DNA of 64,000 nucleotides from Antedon mediterranea (taxonomy: Eukaryota > Animalia > Echinodermata), in NCBI RefSeq assembly GCF_964355755.1, contig NC_092672.1:1054001-1118000 (forward strand), written 5' to 3'. Position numbers and translations under genes: made by a program. Numbering within the stretch: position 1 is the stretch's first letter; every line of letters begins with the position of its first letter. The notes below the pieces were generated by a model. It was not told where the DNA came from, searched no databases, and was given only the letters and a program-made list of their open reading frames with translations. Below are positions 57,001 through 64,000 of the stretch, in pieces.

Positions 57001-57702
57001 TCTAAAACAGTTTGAAGATGAATTACGCTATAATGAATACTTTTGCTCCCTATTTGATCGAAGCGCTCCGATCAAAGGTCCGCAACCACCACTATGTAAC
57101 AAAGAAGGCTGGTTTGGATGCCAGGGTGTGTACAACGAGGCAACGTGTCAGTTCTTTCATACTCTGAATCCGTACAGCTCTAGGCAGTATTTTATCATCT
57201 TCAGCACCTGGAACTTGGACCATATGTAAGTACTCTTGTAAAATGATTTAAGATGTGGTCTTGTGGTAGAAGTGCACTACTTCATTTTTCAGGGTCATTG
57301 GTTCATATCTTGAAATATTATGGTTAGATCATGGAAATGTTATTCATATAACTGTATATCAATGTTTTCCTTATAATAAAGGCATAGTTACCACCATTTA
57401 GACATAACATAAACACATACTCTGCCAACACCAACCACAGCACCCGCAAGGGTCTGGTTTCATACTGTATTCTTGAAATTTGTTTGTGTTATTTTTTCAG
57501 AATTGAGAAGAGTCGTCAGGTCCTACCTGACCTTCAAGCCGCATTGACCTCTAAGAAAAAAGGTCAAGTCGTAAACACTGACTATTTCTTTAGGCTGCTG
57601 TTCACAACCCAAAATTTCAAATTGGTTCACATCGTGTGTCACGATAAAGGTGTTCACACCGGAAAAAAAACAGATAAAAGACAGTGGTATATACGTAAAT
57701 AA
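54064..57702 (+). CDS. DFFB: DNA fragmentation factor subunit beta (caspase-activated DNase, CAD/DFF40)
   Basis: Exons 54064-54168, 55307-55436, 56079-56264, 56444-56523, 56945-57225, 57501-57702. CIDE-N domain ('KKGIVVKDLRDLVKRGC', 'EEDQTEVVDNEYFQQLP'), then 'DPDWFQGLDKRFKTKS', 'EGWFGCQG', and catalytic 'FSTWNLDHIIEK' and 'KLVHIVCHDK'. Confidence 0.93.
54350..55234. mobile_element. Non-autonomous DNA transposon with TGT...ACA ends and a 4-bp TSD (Ginger-like)
   Basis: TGTCAC at 54350 and GTGACA ending at 55234, ATCC duplicated on both flanks, multiple subterminal GCCAAAAxxGGTCCG repeats in inverted orientation at the two ends. Lies in DFFB intron 1. Confidence 0.8.
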
Positions 57703-57953
57703 TTAAGTAATTATTATTTAATCAATTTTAATTAGTAATTATTAATTAATCAATTTTAATAAGTAATTATTAATTAATCAATTTTAATAAGTAATTATTA
57801 ATTAATCAATTTTAATTAGTAATTATTAATTAATCAATTTTAATAAGTAATTATTAATTAATCAATTTTAATAAGTAATTATTAATTAATCAATTTTAAT
57901 AAGTAATTATTAATTAATCAATTTTAATAAGTAATTATTAATTAATTAATTTT
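57703..57953. repeat. 28-bp AT-rich minisatellite, ~9 copies, beginning at the DFFB stop codon
   Basis: Unit GTAATTATTAATTAATCAATTTTAATAA; period 28. Confidence 0.92.
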
Positions 57954-58769
57954 ATCTGACATCGCATTATGGACTAGCAAACGTTTTAGCAACATGACTG
58001 CTTGTTGTAATTTTACTATACAGTACTGCAAATAAATTAATAAATAAAATTCCATTTAACTACATTCCTTGATATAGATGAATTAATTTGACATGGTCTA
58101 CATTATTCTCAGGGCTACAGTGTGAGAATCATCAATGACCAGCTGTCCACCTTGGTATCTCTGTTAAGCTCTGTTTACACTATCAAAACAGTTTTACAAA
58201 AAAGTGTGATGTGCCCAAATATGGTAGTGATATGCTTAAATATGGCAGTGATATGACATCATCATGTCCATATTATTATGGGCTCATCACATTTTTTTGT
58301 CACATAAAGTTTGATAGTGTAGACAGAGCTTAATAGACAATAAGACATTTAATCATATATTTTGTACTTATACTTAATTATAAAAGAAAACATTGATTTG
58401 ATATAGATGCAATTAATGAGGACTCAGGTTCAATAGAATAATTTATTTTATATAAATCATGGATTAAAATTATAATTAAAACTTATATTTTAAATAGTAT
58501 TTAATTCAATTTCAGGTTAAACAATTTGACGTGCCAATTGTTTTTATATTGTAAATAATTTTTAAACTGATTTTAAGACTAGATATGTAGTTTCCATTTA
58601 ATAGTAGAATTGAGAATACTTTTACAAATAGATAACAAATATTGTTTTTGAAGATTGATGGTTTGTTTGTGAAGAATAAGCTATATTATATAAAATAAAA
58701 TTCATATTAACTAAAGTCTTCTTTGTAAAGTATGGTTTAAAATAAAAAATTATTAAACGGTGGACTAGA

Positions 58770-59685
58770 TCAGATTCAGATTCGATTTATTAAGTCATTC
58801 ATACATAGTATAATGATACTTGTTTCCTTGGCAGAAAAACACAAACAAAACAATACTTATATAATATTACATTCATGATCAACATGGAACTTAACAACAA
58901 CATCAACAACTGATTAAGCAATATAAAATACAACAGACCTAATGACCTATCTTTCAAACTCATTGCTGTGTAGTCTAATAGCGCTAGGTAAGGATGAAAA
59001 TTGATGTACATTTGTTTTAACTGGAATTGTTGTTAATCTTCCAGATCTGGTAACTACTAACTTATTGTTGAGAATATGAGATTCATCAGCTAAAATACTA
59101 TTTAATTTAGATATCATTCCATCAATATACATTTGTGTGATACCTTTAATCTCGACACCAGTAATTTTGCTTGCATTCCTAACTATTCTGTTTAACTTAC
59201 TCAAATTTGTCTTTGCTAGACCATTTACCCAAGTAACACAGCAAAAGTCTAACGGAAACACAAAATGAACACCTTTAGCATACACTTTGCACGTAAGTGT
59301 ATATATTATCTATCCAAACCCGTAAATATTTATGAGACTCTGGATTTTCAACATAATATCAATCCGTCAATAACAAGTGGAATGTGATTAACATTTTTTC
59401 TTAAGTCAAATATATTAAGCTCTTTGGTTTTTTTAGAATTAATACACAAATAATTAGTATTGTACCAATCCAAAACCCTTGATACTTCTTCTCTATATAC
59501 AAATTCATCTCCTCCTGTAATAAGACCAGTCAAACACATGTCATCCGCAAACTTGATTAGGTTAAATGAATTGACATTACATCTTAAATCACTAACATAT
59601 ATTGAAAATAAAAGTGGGGATAATACACATCCTTGCGGTGTTCCCGTATTAGAGTCAATATAATTCGAATTAAAATTGTTAACCT
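58770..59685 (-). mobile_element. 5'-truncated, degenerate non-LTR retrotransposon (same general clade)
   Basis: Minus strand gives '[18 protein letters not shown]', 'KFADDM', 'INSKKTKEL', 'RIVRNASKITG', 'PSAIRL'; 3' tail (GAATCT)n near 58770-58787. Confidence 0.88.
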
Positions 59686-59686
59686 A

Positions 59687-60218
59687 AAGCCTATTTTCCA
59701 CTAGGCGCGAATCCAACGTTTCGAAGAGAAAATCTTTTTCCACTACATATGAGCGAATAGCTGCGACGTTCATGTTCCTCGCGTGGTTGCTGAGCATTTC
59801 GATTCGCATGAGTGCTCATGAAAGCGTCATAGCTCATTTCCTGAGCTCTGATTGGTTGCGCAATATTTCGCTTCGCAAAAAGTAGAAACAATTCGAACTA
59901 GGCCTAGTAAATTTCGCTGAAGCGAAAAATCAAAGGAACTAGAATTCGTCGAAGAAGGCAGCTGACAGACAGAAACGCGAATACGCATGTGCATAGCATG
60001 ACGCTTTCGATTCGCGCGCGAACAATCGCCTAGTAGAAAATCGGCTTCTATGCACATGCGTTTCTGTCTGCCATACTGCCTTCTTCGACGAATTCTAGTT
60101 CCTTTGATTGAACGTCGCAGCTTTTCGCTCATGTAGTGGAAAGAGAGTAGGCGATTTTTTTCTTTTCGAAACGTTGGATTCGCGCGCGCGAACAAATTCG
60201 TCTAGTGGAAAATCAGCT
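59687..60218. mobile_element. Harbinger-like MITE with long internal inverted repeats
   Basis: Ends AGCCTATTTTCCACTAG / CTAGTGGAAAATCAGCT; internal inverted blocks (AATCCAACGTTTCGAA / TTCGAAACGTTGGATT; GGAACTAGAATTCGTCGAAGAAGGCAG and its reverse complement); TAA flanks. Confidence 0.75.
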
Positions 60219-61475
60219 TAAAGCCAATCTCTTCAATGATTTCACTTTCAGACTGAAAAACAAATACCACTTCCTTTTCTCAATGCAAAGAAAATAAATA
60301 TCAGTGCATATTCATTTGATATGATTGAGGTAAATTGCGGTGCGTGTAGGCGTACATTGCGGTGCGCGTAGACTTACGTCATTCCACTGAGTCAGTGTAC
60401 TGATGTTATTCCGTACCCTACTCACATAGAAGTCACACCAAACTATCCCTACCTATTTCTATATGCTCTTAAATACTGTAAGGGAAAATGTTAGGCCTAA
60501 ATTGAAATGCTTATACACTTATCAAACATGACATCAACTTTGAAATTTTAATTCTCCTGCACACAACGACAGTAATTTGTACAGGCCTACTGGTTTACTT
60601 TCTGTAGAAAAACTGGACGTTTCATTTTTCAAAAACCAACAATCGTAGTAAATGAACTGTAACTATTGATACTCGAAATATTCTTCATTGAGTCATCCTT
60701 TTACGGTCTGCTAAGTTTTTATAATATTATTATTATATAATGTTATTATATATATATTTAAAATTAAAGCATCGTGTGGCCGCTAAGTATGATATGAAAA
60801 TAATAAATATAAATGGATCTAGATTACACAAATATTTAATAATTGGCGCCTTTTTAAGCTGTCGCGTTTAATTTGTATAATGTATGTTGTAATTAACAAA
60901 TTGCAATTCCTCTTTGTATTTTTAATTAAAAAATATGAATGGTTGACCGCCATAGAGAGGTCAGTCCTGCGTTTCTCTAATTATAGACAAAATAATGATA
61001 TTCTTTTTTGTTTTAGATGGGATTTTATTGGCGTATCTGGTAACAGCGCGCCGAGTTTTTCATTCTTCCTGCAATTATCTAATACTTTTTTTAATAGGCA
61101 TATTCGGTAATGTGTCCATTCGAGTCACCGAATGACTATAGACTACTAAATTCACGTAAAATCACTTTTATTTGGTCCAGAAGTACACACACAAACTTTT
61201 AAATATTGAAAATTACTCGTTTTTTACATAATGCTAGGAGCTATACATGAGTACTTCTAACGTTACGAAGTGACTCGACCATTTCGACGGCTTGTACAAA
61301 ATCATAATATTCAAGGTTTTTGAAAACGTCAGGGAAATGTGAATTTACACCAGAGGAGATATATACACGACAGAACACAATGTGACGTATGGAATGCACA
61401 ACAAATAATTCGCAAACTATCACTTTTTCTCAAGGAATTGATAACTTAAACCCAAACGGTCAGTTTTAATTATTT

Positions 61476-62042
61476 TTACAGTATTGACTGCATGATTGTG
61501 TTTATTGTGGAAGGCGTTTTAGATGCGGCTTTTTTCCAAATTTTCTTTTCTTTAATTTGTTTCCAAAAAGCCTTGCGGAAATTCTCATTAAAAAGTGAAT
61601 ACATAACAGGATTTGCACAGCTATTTACATACGGTAACACAATTGCGATGTTCTTTAAATTTGCGTTTAGCGTTCCATAGTAGCTAACTATTTGATAAAT
61701 AGCGAATAAAAGATAACATAAGAAATATACGACGGATACCATGACAAGTAACTTTGCCATTCTCCAGTGAAGTTTGACGGAATTGTGGGATTGGTAATGC
61801 TTCACTGAACAATGCGAGTCGATCCACGCTGAATCTTGAGCGTACCTTCGCATGAAAAGTACGATTCGTGCGTTGAAGAATGCGATGATGAAAACTGGTA
61901 CAAAAAATAAGCAGACATTGAAGTATAGCGCTTTAAAGTCTCCAAACCAAGGTATATAATCCGGATAGACCACTTTGCACGCAAACGGGATTTGACCGTT
62001 GAATTTTACGTCCGCGTTGTCCAAATTGTCTTCGTATTTAGT
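61476..62042 (-). CDS. Rhodopsin-class GPCR, last coding exon (ECL2 to TM7 and C-tail); upstream exons not located
   Basis: Acceptor at 62043-62044. ECL2 Cys, TM5 'LFFVPVFIIAFFNARIV', TM6 'AKLLVMVSVVYFLCY', TM7 'YVNSCANPVMY', helix 8 'NENFRKAF'. Peptide-receptor-like; ligand family cannot be assigned. Confidence 0.85.
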   Translation of the reverse strand, partial: TKYEDNLDNADVKFNGQIPFACKVVYPDYIPWFGDFKALYFNVCLFFVPVFIIAFFNARIVLFMRRYAQDSAWIDSHCSVKHYQSHNSVKLHWRMAKLLVMVSVVYFLCYLLFAIYQIVSYYGTLNANLKNIAIVLPYVNSCANPVMYSLFNENFRKAFWKQIKEKKIWKKAASKTPSTINTIMQSIL

Positions 62043-62369
62043 CTATAAAAAAAGATAATATCAATTATCAAATATGATTAAAAAAATAAATAAACGAGTG
62101 GGGGGGGGGGGGGGTAAATGTTTCGACATTCTAAATACTCTCCTAAAGTTCACTAATAAAACAAAATGGTGAAATGAATATTTGATATTTTGAGTACAAG
62201 TCATAAGATTGGTTCCTACTTGGTCGCAACGTGACGTGTGAAATAGGCGCACCGCAAAACGACGCGCAATAATGGATCATCCGAACTTTTGATTGGACAA
62301 CTCACTTGCGTTGCGGCGACACCGTTGCGTGCCAAGTGGAACTTTCAGCCTTGGGAAACCAAGCTTTAG

Positions 62370-62457
62370 GATTTGGAGCAACGTTCGTTCGATTTGGAGT
62401 AACGTTCGTTCGATTTGGAGTAACGTTCGTTCAATTTGGAGTGACGTTCGTTCGATT
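62370..62457. repeat. 21-bp tandem repeat, 4 copies
   Basis: GATTTGGAGTAACGTTCGTTC repeated four times. Confidence 0.85.
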
Positions 62458-62539
62458 TATATAAAGTATGTGAATGGTGTATTGTAAATAAATTAACAAT
62501 CAACTATAACAAAGCTAATTATATTTTATTTCACAATAA

Positions 62540-63490
62540 GGGCAAAATTATTAATAAGATAGGCTCACTTTTTGTTAACGATAAAGTAATTAATGAGGCT
62601 GAGACTGTGTCGTTTGTTGGAGTATCACTTGATAAGAATCTTACATGGAAAACTCATCTCAACAATTTATGTAAAACATTACGTACAAAAATAGGTATTT
62701 TTTATAAGTTAAGGTATTTTCTTTCTCAAAGTATATTAATGTTAATTTATTAATCATTTATTTTACCACCTATGGTATTGAAGTATGGGGAAGTTTAAGT
62801 TACTTAAACCAAGTTCTACTTATTCAAAAGATGTTCGTTCGCTGTGTTACGTTTTCTGATTTTAGAGCACATTCTATACCTTTGTTTAAGCAATTGTTGA
62901 TTTTAGATGTGTTTAAATTGTATGAGTTGCATGTGCTTAAATTTATTTCCGATTTATTTTATTCTAGATTACCTCATCATATTATACTATACTTTAACTA
63001 TGTAAACCATCCATTTAACACCCGATTTAATGACCCGTTTAATCTCTCGATCCCCTTTTGCCGTACGACTCTATCTCTAACCAATATAACATACCAAGGT
63101 CCCAAATTCTGGAATAAACTCCCAGTAAATATTAAGTCAATTTTATTTAGAACACAATTTGCCATCAAAGTCAAAGAACATTTAATAACCTTATATGATG
63201 CTTAGTTTTTTTCTAGTTTTTTCTATTTAAAAAACAAAAAAAAATGTGTATAATACTCTTCTATTACTTATTTCATATTCATATTGATAATGCCAGTGAG
63301 TTATTAATTTTCATTTATGTAATTAATTTTCTTCAGATTTTTCTTTCTCAGAAATGATAAACGTTCTAGTTTAAGTTTTATTTATTTTAAAGGCCAAACT
63401 CGATAAGCGAAAGCTTTTTTTTTTTGGTCTTTTGTCTTTAGTTTTGATTTTATGTATGTGAAAAAGAACTAACAAGAAAGAAAGACAATA
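62540..63490 (+). mobile_element. 3' fragment of a non-LTR retrotransposon (CR1/L2-like)
   Basis: 'FVGVSLDKNLTWKTHL', 'YGIEVWG', 'AHSIPLFKQLLILDV', 'YQGPKFWNKLP' with frameshifts and a stop; AT-rich 3' UTR ending near AATAAAG-ATTATT. Confidence 0.82.
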
Positions 63491-64000
63491 AAGATTATTA
63501 TACAGATTTGGAGAGACGTTCGACAGCAAGCCTATTGAAATCGTTGGACATTAGGCACGTAGTTGTCCATACAGCTTTTACATTGTAATTATGATTATTC
63601 AGTATCATAGGCCTATATGATAATGCCAACTACGATGATTGAAATATACTGTACTAATATGACATGTTTAGGACGACGTGAACGTTTTCTTCAATCTCAT
63701 TTTATTTAATCAAATCGAACAACAACAGAATATTTTCGGTGATTAATTATGATTAACATTAGTTTGGAGTTTTGTCTTAATATTAGTAAAAAGATAAATA
63801 TTTTGGCACATATGGCGTTTCATACGTATACTACTTGATTCGCGGTCGAAATATAAACAGATAAATAAAAGAAAAAGATAATACCGGCTTGGGACAAGTC
63901 TAGATTAACATTTGCCTTGTAAGTAAAACATTGCTGGGTAAAATGTTGTGCTATGCTGAAAACATGTTTTGCATTTACTCAGGAAGTTAGGCCTACATGG

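Noticed and set aside
59691-60195. ORFs inside the 59.7-60.2 kb element as a transposase
   Set aside because: No DDE or other transposase motifs; the region is an inverted-repeat MITE.

Overview
AT-rich, intron-containing animal DNA (invertebrate; an echinoderm-like deuterostome is plausible but not provable from this window). Eight spliced genes can be reconstructed by hand: the 3' end of ACAD10/11 (+), PRR11-like (-), a GLTP-domain gene (+), a ~30-exon NPHP4 (-), PIGP (+), AP2M1 (-), DFFB/CAD (+) and the last exon of a class A GPCR (-). Six of them form three head-to-head pairs. Introns carry about 20 copies of a Harbinger-type MITE, other non-autonomous DNA elements, LINE and SINE remnants and many minisatellites. 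The most unusual signals are in NPHP4: (1) a ~47-copy minisatellite in intron 1 whose unit contains an RFX X-box, upstream of a candidate ciliary promoter and an alternative first exon; (2) a 17-copy array of one exon's 3' end plus its splice donor, in which 5 of 6 variable sites are synonymous in the NPHP4 frame; (3) a U12-type intron. AP2M1 has a candidate 6-nt neural-type microexon. All exon coordinates were read manually and may be off by a few bases.
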